Positions 22,601-33,750 of a DNA stretch of 64,000 bases are shown here, piece after piece. This DNA is from Antedon mediterranea. Its lineage: Eukaryota; Animalia; Echinodermata. The notes beneath the pieces were generated by a model. The model was not told the origin of the DNA. It did not search any database and worked only from the letters and a program-made list of their open reading frames with translations. The translations under genes were made by a program, and so were the position numbers. Where the stretch lies: contig NC_092670.1 in NCBI RefSeq assembly GCF_964355755.1, positions 25,778,795-25,842,794 of the forward strand, given 5' to 3'. Numbering within the stretch: the stretch's first letter is position 1; each line of letters begins with the position of its first letter.

Positions 22601-25600
22601 AAATTCATAGACCTAATTCAATAAATATTTGTCGTAGGTGTCAAATTGTTCGCAATAGATATGTTTATACTTGTCATAATGCAACATTTTTTCAAAAAGT
22701 GACCGGAACATGCATTTTATGTGTATTAACATTTGATCAGCTTTTCCCATCTAAATAACATCGAAAATATGTATAGGAAAGGGTGCCTTCTCCTTATGAA
22801 GTAACCTATAAAGTTTTTCAGAATAATCTTACATGCCTTATGGGATCGGTTCTGTTCTCTATGGGCCATACCGGCTCTGTAATGGAAAAGGGTCAAACAT
22901 TTGGTATCAATAGGCTAGCCCAAACAGTAAAAAGTTGCCTGTACACACAGGATTCTAAAATAACCCATATGGATTTGCCCTAATGAAACCTCTAAGGCCC
23001 TTTTGGGATCTATGTTTGCTACTTAAGGCCCTGTATTAGAAATTAATATGGGGTAATAGTTCATATTTATTTATTTATTTGGTGACCCATTCACCTTTGG
23101 ATCGGTGGCACTCACTACATGCGGTGCGGTCATGAGTTAATTTTGGTGTCAAATTGTTCACAATGTATACGTTTATATTAACTCATGTCCAGAAATTCCT
23201 GAGATATAGCATGTTTCTATGAAAATAGCGGCCAGTTTGTTTATGCTAATTATGCAAATTGCTCAATGCTGACACAGCCGTCCAGTAAAAAAAATGCTTC
23301 ATTCTGATGGTATCGAGAATCAAAATCCATCAAAAAAAACTATAGAAAACATTGCAAGGTTAAACCCCTTGGCTTCCGGAGTATGGGGCGACATTAACAA
23401 GTTCGCTTCGCTACAGGTCCTGTCGACGGCCCTGGACAAGCACATTTTTCAGCCGTGCAAACGCTGACTAAAGCAAAATAGGTCTATGGGGGAAAATGTC
23501 ACCTTTTAATAGGCTAGTACCTCAATTTTCATATTTAAAATATCAATTTTTAATACATTTATGAGAGTGTCATTACCGACCATCTAGAGAGGTGTTATAT
23601 TTTCAAAATCGACTCAACTCAGCCCCAACCATGGTGGTATGGGGTGAAAATATATGTTACGAACTCTTAGCCTATATTTTATATTCAGATAGCAGGATTA
23701 GGCTTTCGCTTTCGTACAAACTGAATAGGCTTTTTTCATTACGTTGTTCCAGTTTACGGGATATTGCCACCCAGGCTAGGGAGATGCAACTATATTGATA
23801 ATGTTTGATTTTAAAAATAACTACTGCACTATCACATTCTTTCTGAGGAAACGTCATAAAAAGAATATTAACATTTTATAAAAATGTTAAACTATATAAA
23901 AAGTATTACAATTCTTTGGCCTATGTACAGAGAATTGTTACACATCTTTCATCTACCTAAAATTGAATATGAAAATATAATATTAAAAGGTACTGTACAG
24001 AGTTATAAAGTCTTACACATTAATTAAAATAAGTAAATATCTTTACCGTCTTTTTAAAATTGCCCATGATTAATAATTGCATGCGATCTTGGCAACAAAA
24101 TAAAATATGGAAGTCATTTTACCCTTTGTTTTGGAGACATGAACCTTATTATCCTCTAGTGGAATAATTTTGTGTATGTTGATAATTGTTGTATAAATAA
24201 TAAATATATTGTTGCAGGAGTTTTATTGCCACGGAACACGTCATTTCAATGTCATAGAGGAACGATGGTGGTACATTACCATAGTACATTGTGGCGGTGA
24301 TGGAATTCATAACTTTCATTATAACATGGAATTTATCAATGGAAAACATAACTTTGACAATCATTTCTCAGCAGATGAAAGATGTAGGTACAGTATTCCT
24401 AAACTAGAAAACAAAGCTTGTACCAGATATAAAAAAAAAGGTTTACGGCCATTTTGGAAAGTGTAGATCTACATTTTGGCATCCATTTTGTTTTATGAAA
24501 ATTAGGAGCTATCATTTTTTTATTAACTACCATAAAATGCACCTATTTTTTAGAACTTAGACTTAAATCGCTACGTTTGTGTAAGTGCTGTTTGGATGGT
24601 GGTTGAACATGAGGTGATATAAGAAGCGGCTGGAGATGCGGTGTATTAACAAACTTTTTATATTTGTTTTCATTTATTTGTTCGACACAAGCGATCAAGG
24701 GGTTGCGACAGCAACACGCGCCATGACACGTAAGTGTTCGCAACCCCTGTGTAAGTGGTGGTGATACGTGCGTCTTGTTGAGGTGAGGTGATTTCTCATC
24801 GATGGCAATGATTCATGTCCAATTTATGGTACAGTATTGCGCAGGGGCGGATCGAGTAATTTAGTGGGTGGGGTGTACCTTGCGAGCGGACCAAGACGCT
24901 TGGGGGTCCAGGGGTGAAGCCCCAAAAATGTTGATGTTCTAGCGTATTATCAGTCGTTTTAAAACGATTTACGAAAATCTCGTACCGTCAATTTACATTA
25001 TTTTGATTGTGCGCTACAACTCTTATGTCATGGTTAAATAATTAAAATGACGAACAAATTACTCGATGGTCTTTATTTATTTTTGTATTTCTTCTTCGAC
25101 AACATAAACATCACTTTGCTTCAGTTCTAATTTTTGCAGGTTTTGCTGAAGATGTTTTAAGTAGGTATACTACGGTGAACGAAAAAGACAGTTGACCTAA
25201 TTTAAAAGACCAATGGTAGTTGTAGAACATGTTCTGTTCTGTTGTGTTATACAAGCGATGTATATATATGTGATATGATGTTAAGAGCTAAAACACATAA
25301 GCTATCCATTAGCTTCGTATTGATCGGAATTTTTGTTTACTGTTTAACAGTTTCAAAATGAAGTCATAAACTGTGCTCCATTAGGTTGTCAGGCGGAACG
25401 TTAAATCGACGGAATGTAATCTCAATGAGCGGAATGGAGTTTAGTGGACTTATACGCATTCGTATTTTAATCTTTTGTATAAAATTACCGTCTTATATGA
25501 TTAATTATAATGTTAATTTTAATTCAAAATCACAGAGAAACATAAATAATAATTGCATGCATTATTTTATTAACTTTATTTGTACAGATATTCTGCAAAC

Positions 25601-28186
25601 TGACACAGTATTCCTTGGACTTTATCTAATAGTCTGTAGCTGCCTGTTGAAGTTTAGAAGTTAGTAGAGAAATTATTTATCAAACACATGTTTTTTCTCA
25701 GAATGTAGTAAATACTTACTTTAATAAGCTACTTTTTTTATTTCAGAGTTGATGCTCAAACGTCAAACCACCTACTACCAACTATTTTCATACTCATGCT
25801 ATCTACAAACTATTAGCCTCTTGTTTCAGACAATTGCCTTTTGGAATTATGCGAGTAATGGTGTTGGATTTGAACCTTTAAAGAAACTTGGTAAGGTTGT
25901 CTAATCTATCTATGACGAATATGATGAGTATAAATATAAACAAATTAAGGTGGCCATTTGATGACGTCACAATACCAGATATGCCATAATTGTCTCGGAA
26001 ATAAAATTGGAATTTTAAACAAATTCGATTATAGATAATCGAGATACGCTCTAATGATTGACCAACTATGACAAAAACAAGACAAATTATGATGGCCACA
26101 GGTGGAATGTAAACGAATAATATCTACAACTCAGTAGCTCCCATAATAAGTATAAAAAAGAGAGCAGGTTTGGTCACCTTTCATTCCGAGGAGTTATAGA
26201 TTAAACATTAAAATGTTCCACTGCCATGCACACGACGTAAGTGTTTATAATTTTACCAAATGTGTCGATCTTTTAGGCAAAATGATTTCATCGACATCTG
26301 CCCTCCTGTTTGCCCTCCTACTAATCGGCATTGCTAAAGGATACACCGTCACACGGTTTGTTTTTTTCTAACTATACTATTTCTATCCATCCTACTATAA
26401 ATGTAAGTTTGTACAGTTTATTAAATATAAGAGTAGAGAATAGAACTCATTTCTATTTCATTGTCTTTTAATCATACATTACAGTTGTGATAAAGTTGAA
26501 ATAAAGCTGTAGGCCATATCATACTACTGTACATTAATTTTTTTCATCATAAAGAGTTCGTTTAAAACTAATCAAGCATCTTAAGATCACCGTCTTTGCC
26601 TGCGTGTACTTATTTGCTGCCTTCGGACTTTACATCGTGCACGAATTGGTATACGACGCACGTAATGTCATCAGCAAATCATTTCTTGCACTTGCAATTG
26701 TTGTATTGCAGTTTATTGGTAAGTAACTCTGGTTGTAATTGCTACAATTCAAACCGCCCCAGCCACCAGTCAAATTAAGTATCATTAACTTTATCTATCC
26801 GGTCGAGAAGTAACCATCCCTAAAATAAAGCTGCAGGAAAGCACTTGAATATGAATACTCGATATGCCACAAACAAACAACATGTACAAAGCCTTTATTA
26901 TATATTTCAGGATTGGCTTGGATTTACTATGATTGTTACTGTACTATCACACAAAAAGGTATTAAAATCACCTTCTGTGTTCCTTTTGCTATTGGATTTA
27001 CGCTGTGGTTTATTGGAATTCCAACCAAAGTTTGGTTGTCTGAACACTTCGTAAAATGGAAAACGTGAGTCAGCTGTGTTATTAATATTACACTCCTATT
27101 TTCAATACTTTTAACAAGCTAGCAATTTATTTTCAGGATGGACCTATAAATTGTCCATGGTCAGGGTAAGGTTTATCTTCAATTCCCTGGTTCTTGAATG
27201 GTCACATCAACAACAATCACATTTATTGGAAATTGTCAGTCGAACATAATACATGTCACAAATTTAAGCTTATAAAGAAAGACATTATTTCAAATCTATA
27301 GAATACTAATCGGTTTTGTTTGTAGAATATTGCGACATGCGTCGAGAATTACACCATTAACCTTTTACTTTTAGGGCCAAAATTGTTAACGGTCTGGAAG
27401 TCGCCACTATGTTTTATGGGCACATATTATATCTAATTTGGACACATATTGGCTACAGGTTCCAATCAACAAACATTGTAAGAATTGATATCTTCATTAT
27501 TTACTATCCTACATTTTTGTCAAGTTTGATTCTACATAATTTAATAATTGTTACAATAATAAATAAACTGTGTATATTGTAAAATATATATTATTTCTAT
27601 TCAAATACAACGTATAATAAATAACATATCTATTATTCACGAAATGGTATAAGTCAAATGTTCTAATACAAAATAGGTTGATATTGTGAACCATGATGAT
27701 AAAAATCAAAAAGAAAGGCATTATCTGTCCCATGTTGGCACAACGGAAGCTAAATATGTAAGACATTTACATTAATTAATTGTAATACTTGTCTAAATAA
27801 ACCGTTATAGGCAAGTAAAAAATAGTTTGATTATTGATAGACCTACAGCTTCAAAAGGAATATTACCTATCATTATTTTGCTAGAAATAGCATTGAGAAA
27901 GAGCAGTGTGCATAATCGTAAATTTGGTGGCATATATTCCACTAGTCCTCCACCCACTGCAGTACTGCTGTAATTTCCTTTTCTGATCATCTCAACCATT
28001 ATTTCTATTCTTGAAATAAATCAGCAACATTGTCTAGCATGTTCAAATAATATATACTTGCTTACTATTCAAATAATAGTAACTTATTTATTATAATTTT
28101 AATTTCAGGTGACAAAATCCGAATATGACGAATCGTCGGTCATAGCAATCAATGTTGACATAGTTAATAAAGATGGAGAATTATAA
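13499..28186 (+). CDS. TMEM145: TMEM145-like (GPR180/TMEM145, GOST 7TM family) protein, 12 coding exons, 443 aa
   Basis: GT-AG exons with consistent phases: 13499-13603, 18424-18501, 18890-18970, 19131-19238, 24218-24383, 25588-25659, 25747-25890, 26277-26355, 26555-26718, 26911-27064, 27375-27477, 28109-28186 (1332 nt in total). Signal peptide followed by AKHVEG, DFVFLT.F.F, KCC..LIFND.P.QWP, ERWWYI, HFSADE, ILQTD, YASNGVG, AKGYTVTR, FTLWF, KIVNG, collinear with TMEM145 as recalled. Confidence 0.9.
13620..13800. repeat. Low-complexity TAGGCC/CCTAGG palindromic repeat tract
   Basis: Runs of AGGCCTAGGCCTAGGCCTAGCTAGG. Confidence 0.8.
14150..15260. repeat. Tandem repeat, about 375-bp unit, about 3 copies (third interrupted)
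   Basis: Anchor TGTCCAAAAAT.(T/G)CCACTC at about 14180, 14533 and 14909; AAGTGCCAACTGG repeated at about 14284 and 14644, with a variant at about 15119. Confidence 0.8.
14945..15058 (-). ncRNA. tRNA-Pro-derived Pol III-like unit with expanded anticodon loop (copy 1)
   Basis: Reverse complement reads GGTTCTGTGGCCTAGTGGTATGATACTCGC-[27 nt]-GCGAGAGGTCGCAGGTTCTAATCCCGCCAGAGACA followed by a T-run. Confidence 0.55.
15330..17529 (-). mobile_element. Non-autonomous Sola2-like DNA transposon
   Basis: TIR GGGCAATTCCATG / CATGGAATTGCCC with a 4-bp TSD AGTG (15326-15329 and 17530-17533). About 8 internal copies of GTCACTCGCATTAC. Minus-strand remnant MAERQRKYLEKLKAEGKY at about 16290-16341. Confidence 0.75.
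17768..17879 (+). ncRNA. tRNA-Pro-derived Pol III-like unit with expanded anticodon loop (copy 2)
   Basis: A box TGGTCTAGTGG, B box GGTTCGAATCC, stem CTCGC/GCGAG, acceptor stem GGTTCTG/CAGAGAC and a TTTTTT terminator. Confidence 0.6.
18424..18501 (+). CDS. TMEM145: TMEM145-like exon 2
   Basis: ag|DFVFLTGFVFQPGEYGEMDYTFTYQT|gtaag. Confidence 0.85.
18890..18970 (+). CDS. TMEM145: TMEM145-like exon 3
   Basis: ag|SKCCYQMLIFNDEPNQWPYIQENEDFL|gtaac. Confidence 0.85.
19131..19238 (+). CDS. TMEM145: TMEM145-like exon 4
   Basis: ag|DCMTKKSLIPSHYNGKVTLSTSHNCIIRTNSDTEEE|gtaat. Confidence 0.8.
20554..21322 (-). mobile_element. HINE / non-autonomous Helentron with (GACA/GACC)n arrays, copy A
   Basis: AACAAGGCCAACAGCC at one end, the palindromic subTIR AGTCGCTTCCACGCGACT at the other, two microsatellite blocks, and insertion in an A/T run. 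Confidence 0.8.
21441..22248 (+). mobile_element. HINE copy B, inverted relative to copy A
   Basis: Near-identical reverse complement of 20554-21322. Confidence 0.85.
24218..24383 (+). CDS. TMEM145: TMEM145-like exon 5
   Basis: ag|EFYCHGTRHFNVIEERWWYITIVHCGGDG...NHFSADER|gtagg. Confidence 0.9.
25588..25659 (+). CDS. TMEM145: TMEM145-like exon 6 (TM1)
   Basis: ILQTDTVFLGLYLIVCSCLLKFR; phase 1 at both ends. Confidence 0.85.
25747..25890 (+). CDS. TMEM145: TMEM145-like exon 7
   Basis: LMLKRQTTYYQLF...YASNGVGFEPLKKL|gtaag. Confidence 0.85.
26277..26355 (+). CDS. TMEM145: TMEM145-like exon 8
   Basis: KMISSTSALLFALLLIGIAKGYTVTR. Confidence 0.9.
26555..26718 (+). CDS. TMEM145: TMEM145-like exon 9
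   Basis: VRLKLIKHLKITVFACVYLF...LALAIVVLQFI|gtaag. Confidence 0.8.
26911..27064 (+). CDS. TMEM145: TMEM145-like exon 10
   Basis: LAWIYYDC...FCVPFAIGFTLWFIGIP...KWK|gtgag. Confidence 0.85.
27375..27477 (+). CDS. TMEM145: TMEM145-like exon 11
   Basis: AKIVNGLEVATMFYGHILYLIWTH...NI|gtaag. Confidence 0.85.
28109..28186 (+). CDS. TMEM145: TMEM145-like exon 12 (terminal)
   Basis: tttcag|VTKSEYDESSVIAINVDIVNKDGEL*; phase matches exon 11. Confidence 0.7.
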   Translation: MTKSEYDESSVIAINVDIVNKDGEL

Positions 28187-29059
28187 AATGAGCAGGATTT
28201 TATGATAAAATTTTCAGAACACAGATGGGATTTAATGATCAAAATTTCGTGGTCGCAATTTTCGAAGCGGGCAAGTCAATCGTAAAAAAAATCAAAAATC
28301 TTGAAAAATTCCCATTCAAATGTTATATTTAATATAACATTTGAATGGGCATTTTTCAAGATTAAAAAATAACGCTAATCCCTAAATTTAGCATCTTATA
28401 TTGCTGTCATAAATATCTGCCATTTACAATAATTGAATTTTAAATGAAATTTCAATAGTGAAAATGTTTCTGTTTTCTGTAAGGTGTCTCCAATGTAATG
28501 TACAGCTTTCAAATAATGTTTTTAGAAAGGTCATTTAATACACGTTAAACACAAATTTCGTTGGAGACTAACAATCTAAAACCAAGGGACCACTGTCGTA
28601 TTTGACATAGACAAATATTTCTGCCTTCGTATAATGAAGCATAATTATTGAGAGGTAAAAATGAACGGTGAATAGCATAAAAGAGGTAAGCGTTATGTTT
28701 ACTGACTTTAGGTTAGCGAAAAAGGTTACACATACTCAAGGACAGTGGTCACCGTTTTAGATGTAGGCAAGTCCATCGCTAAAAGAAATCATTTATATTA
28801 TATTGCCATCTCTTAAATACCATGTGTGTTTATTGATATTCTGTAATACATTTTTACTGATAATGTAATCCTTACCTTTTATAATTATCTCAAGAGGGAC
28901 AAAAAAGGGTGTATTGTACTTTATTATTAGAAAAGAGGTTCTTTCATCCTTTAAAACTTATTGTCAACCTTTTATTGTGGATGAGGGGTCCCCGCTAACT
29001 TCGCATATTTATTTTCTTTTATTACTAAAATATATTCATTTCACAGAGTGGCATTTCGT

Positions 29060-29625
29060 AATCTTGATAATCTTAAAATATTCATTAACATATTCTTTCT
29101 TAATATATTCATTTTCTTAACATATTCATTTCTTAACATAGGTTATAATTTTAGCAAATTAATTTCTTAACGTAATCATATTTTTGCATATTCATTTTAA
29201 CATAATCATATTTTAGCGTATTATTTGTTGTATATTAATTTCCTTGTCATAAACATATTTTTATCATATTCATTTCTTAACTTGTTCATTTCTTAAATCA
29301 TTTTAATAATTTCTTATTATAATTATAATTTTAGCGTGTTCATTTCTTAACATATTTATTTCTTAACGTAACTGTTCATTTCTTAACACATTCTTTTCTT
29401 AATACATTCTTTTCTTAACGCATTCATTTCTTAACGTATTCATTTTCGAAGTATATTCATTTCTTCTTAACATATTTATTTCTTAACATAATTATAATAT
29501 TCATTTCTTAACTATTCATTTATTATCATACTAACTTCCAGGGAAGTGTGAAACTAGCGTAATTTCACTCTTTTCTTTTAATTTCATAGTATACAGCATT
29601 CATTTCTTAGCATATTAACTTGATA
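29060..29625. repeat. Degenerate minisatellite, about 16-bp unit (CATATTCATTTCTTAA)n
   Basis: Many copies of TTCATTTCTTAAC visible directly. Confidence 0.75.
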
Positions 29626-29714
29626 TCATTTTTAACATGTTTTAAGATGTTTATTAAAGTATAACTGTGGGTCAAAATTAACGTCCACTTGAAATTGTTC
29701 TTCCAGATATTGGG

Positions 29715-29870
29715 AATATCGTAAATCTTCTAATAGTTACCCACACTCTAATAGTAACCCCCGTTCTAATAGTAACCCACCTTATAAGTCAATATAATAA
29801 TAACCCACTACTCTATTAGTAACCCATGGGGGTTACTATTAGAGTCACAACAACTTATAATGCAGCCGTA
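29715..29870. repeat. MITE-end-like array of TCTAATAGTAACCC motifs
   Basis: About five direct copies plus one inverted copy (GGGTTACTATTAGA). Confidence 0.5.
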
Positions 29871-30099
29871 TTTTGACAATGCATGTTGATATCGGGAGTG
29901 GGGGAGGGTTGAGTGTTTTTAAGTTAATAAAATGTTTTTATTCGTACTGTTTTATCATTTTGCTATGCTATGTCAATATTGGTTGCTTCAGGACTCGTCC
30001 AGGGACACAAGTAAAGAAATTTATCAATTGTGGTAGCCCAAGATATGTTACAATAATTAATATAGGGTAAAACTAAGGTGTTATATAAAGATAAAAGAA

Positions 30100-31330
30100 T
30101 GTGCTGTGGGAGATAGTGCTTTAGTTTTTCATTATTCCAATGTTTCTAGAAATTATATTTGAAATATGAGTAATATTGTTATTGTTCCAAAATGATTTCG
30201 TTGATAGGATTAATTGTTTGCTCTATGTCAAAACATTTATTATACTTGAACCATATTCGTATTAAATTAGCATACAAATTTAACATTTGATTAATTTTGG
30301 TCTGACAGTATTTATTAATATCTTTGAATGATGCATTACATTTAGGCAAATTTAAACCTAGATATGTTTTATTAGAATTGTAAAGTGCAATATTTTTCCA
30401 TAGTGCCTTTTCATTGTGTGTCAATTTTTTGATCCACGATAAACTAATAGATTCTAAATACGAGCCAAGGTGGAACACTTTTAATCCACCTAATTCATAT
30501 TCGCTGATCGTTGTGCCTCTTTTAACACCCTCGCATCTATTCAAAATGAATTTTAAAAATATTGTGTTTAATTTTTTCGCGAACTCATCAGGTAAGACGA
30601 TGATTTGAAGCAATGTAAGTTAGTTTGGATGCTAACAAACTATTAGATTTCTGCCAATTATTTATAGGTTTCTACTCTTCCATGCTCTAATCGAAGATTC
30701 AAATTTTTCCATTATACTTTCCCAATTAAATTTTATTTTTGGAGGTAGACTTTGGCTAAATTAAATTTAGAGTACTTTAATATAATTGTTAGGTTTCACA
30801 TCCCATTTAATTTTCAAATTTCCGATATGTTATCCGTCAGCGAACCTATCCACACCGCTTTACTTTTATTACTATTTATTTTTAATCCCGTTATGAGAAA
30901 GAATTATTTTAGTGTATTAATTGCGGTATTAAATGATTCGGTTGAGTCTAAGAAAGTGTTGTGTCATCTGCAAAACAAGTAATTTTTAGCACGTTCCTGT
31001 CGTGTAAATTTATACTCTTAATTTGGTCAGACTGTCTAATTTTGCAAGCAAGTGGTTCTATAACAAGTACAAAAGCGGAGATTGGACAGCCTTGTCTTAC
31101 TCCTCTTTCGACATTAAGAATTTAGATACATGTCCGTTATTGATAATGCAATTGTTACAGTTGCTTAATATTGTAGTGCGCCACCAAATGAAGGATTTAC
31201 CAAAGTGTAGTCTTTTGAGAACCTCTATTAAATATCGCCTATTCGCATATGCTACACACACCCTGACCCATCTAAAACTGAAACACGCAAGGCATCGACT
31301 CAATTAAGGTCTGCTTCGTCGTTGTAAAAG
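30100..31330 (-). pseudogene. Degenerate L1/Tx1-clade LINE RT fragment
   Basis: Minus-strand FADDTT (about 30958-30975), KRGTTISEYELGGLKV and SWIKKL, with many stops. Confidence 0.7.
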
Positions 31331-32399
31331 CGTTACGTTTGCTAAATATTGAAATTAGGTGAGGTATTAAACAAATTACGATACGTAAATTATTAAAAGA
31401 AAACAATAAAAAAACAATAGTCAAGCGTATATACTTATAACAACTATGGTACGGTATTTTAAATATCTAAACACCATTTTGATAAGGTAAAAATGTGGCA
31501 ACTCGTGTTCGTTTAAATTACACTATTACTTTACGGCTTCTGCTTACTTAAAGTTCATCTCTAACCTACACACATAGGAGTATCATTATCATTCATCAAT
31601 GTTTGTACTTTTTCCGTATGCTTCCATCTCATGGGTCATCTTTCATTGGCTCAAGAACATATTGACTGGCTAAACAATGGTTGTTATTGAATTAGGCAGC
31701 TTACAATGAACTTGTTTTGTCGATCGACATTTGGTGCCTTTTCAGACATTCCCCTAATGTATTATTAATATTGTTGCCAACGATATCATTTTATTTCGTT
31801 AATAATGCTTTATATAAACCAATTGACGTTCCTATCAAAACCTCGTTTAGAAAATAATGCACTGGTAATCCAATATTACTACAGGATGATTGGCTCTTTA
31901 GAGAAGCTCAATTATAATCCATAATGGCTCCAAAATCCACACGATGGCGCGAGTTGCAAAAGTGAAAACAAGATAACAATGAATGTTGAGTTTTGAATAT
32001 TAAATATAATCTGTTCATCAAAACAGCCTTAGAAAATATAATTTCTTTAGTTTGAAATTCAAATTCTATATTTAGCTTCTTATTTTTGCTGTAAATTGCG
32101 ACAATTACAATAATTCAAGTTTAAATCAAAATTGAATGGTGGAAATTGCGATGCTCGCATTTTTTTTTTTTTTTATAAGGTATACACAATCGACAAATGT
32201 TTCATACTACTGGTAATGTACGGTACAGCTTTTAAATACTGCGTTGAGAATGACTGGCCAAATGCTCTCGACATTATCATCCTTGGAAACATTGGATTTC
32301 CACAGAAGCTCTCGATGATAGTCGTATAAAGGGCACTAACTCTAACTTAGTGCCTCGCAGTTAAAAAGAACGGCTAATTTCGTCATGTCACTGAAAATT

Positions 32400-32830
32400 A
32401 TTGTCGTCTATTCAATGTCGAGATGCGCTCAAATTGTGCTAAACTGAGACAAAGTGCACATTCGTTGACGATTAAAAAGGAGCGCCATACCCTACTTTGC
32501 CCTCTGATATACCTTGCAATAAGAACGGAATTGAAGACGAAATTCATTTTTTAATCAAATGCTCATTATATTGAGATTTACGTTATGATTTGTATAGCAA
32601 TATTAAAGAGGGGCTAATTATTTTGATTATTTAAATGACAATGACTTATGGGCGTGCGTGATTTTATTATTAGTTTGGTTGTTATCAATTATTTTATTAA
32701 CTCCGCCATTGTTAGGAGACTTAATTAATTGTTTTTATTGTGGTAAAAGTTCTGATGTTGTTTATTTGTTTGTTTTGTTGCTTCTTAATGTTTATTTTAT
32801 CAAATTTGTTTGATGTATTAATAAAAAAAA
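32400..32830 (+). pseudogene. LINE ORF2 C-terminal zinc-finger and tail remnant
   Basis: C...NGIEDEIHFLIKCSLY..LR motif followed by a T-rich 3' UTR and AATAAAAAAAAAA. Confidence 0.5.
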
Positions 32831-33099
32831 ATTATATTTATGATTATGCATGGATCTGTAACATGCATTAATTGCAGTAAGTTCACGATAAGGAGTGGAG
32901 TAAAGCAGGGTTGTGTGTTGGCGCCTACACTCTTCGGTATGTTCTTTTGTTTTCGTTTGTCCTTTTTCTTCAATGCTCCTAAAGTATTCTTTCAGTAATG
33001 ACATGGAGGGTGTCTATATCCATAACATAATAAGTTCCTCTTCGGACAACCCGGACCAAAGGAAGAGGCAAGGGCGCCCTTTATCGTACCTAACGACCT

Positions 33100-33372
33100 A
33101 ATATCGGCATGGGTTCGAGGCCGACTCGCTCCTCCTAGTTCTGGTGGTAGAACAAGTCTTTTCGGATAAGGACTATATAAACCGTTAGTCCAGTGTACAC
33201 AGTTTTTCCGGTTGCACTTTAAATAACCCAGTTCGAGAAGGGGTTACCTTTGTGACCTGATTCACAAAATAGCCCAGGTTAGGAGAATTACCACCTATCT
33301 GATAGGAGAGTGATATATTAATTTGCTATTGGTAATCCTTGACCACATGTACCGAAATACATAAAATAAATG
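33100..33372 (+). mobile_element. SINE with a Nin/Deu-type central domain
   Basis: B box GGGTTCGAGGCC, then TTTCGGATAAGGACTATATAAACCG..GTCC...TGCACTTTAAATAACCCAG..CGAGAAGGGG, then a (TAAA)n tail. Confidence 0.6.
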
Positions 33373-33632
33373 CGTAACAGGTCAGATGCCTGTGAACAAT
33401 TCTCACTTATAATTAATGTTAAACAATGAATCTCATACTGTAGTGAACAAATTGGTCTACCTTTGAGGTTCAATGCTAACAGAAAAACATTACTCGATGA
33501 TTATTTCAAATCAGAATTGGCAAGGCTGCAACACATTGTGGCTATCGTTCATGAACAACAAGCTGACAATGAACACAAGAAGTGTATTTTAAGTGTCCTC
33601 CTTTATGGAAGCCATTGAATGCCTACAAGATG

Positions 33633-33750
33633 AACAAGGCCAACAGCCATTAAGTCGCGTGCTACAATGCATAGTGATACCGGACCGACAGACCGACAGA
33701 CAGACCGACCGACATAGTGAACTATAGAGTCGCGTCCACGCGACTAAAAA
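33633..33750 (-). mobile_element. Minimal (solo-block) HINE of the GACA family
   Basis: Both termini of copies A and B are present but only one microsatellite block. A related CGCG-rich core follows at 33750-34270. Confidence 0.75.

Noticed and set aside
27137-27166. Possible extra TMEM145-like exon (tttcag...gtaag)
   Set aside because: In the required phase it contains an in-frame TAA, and exons 10 and 11 already join collinearly.
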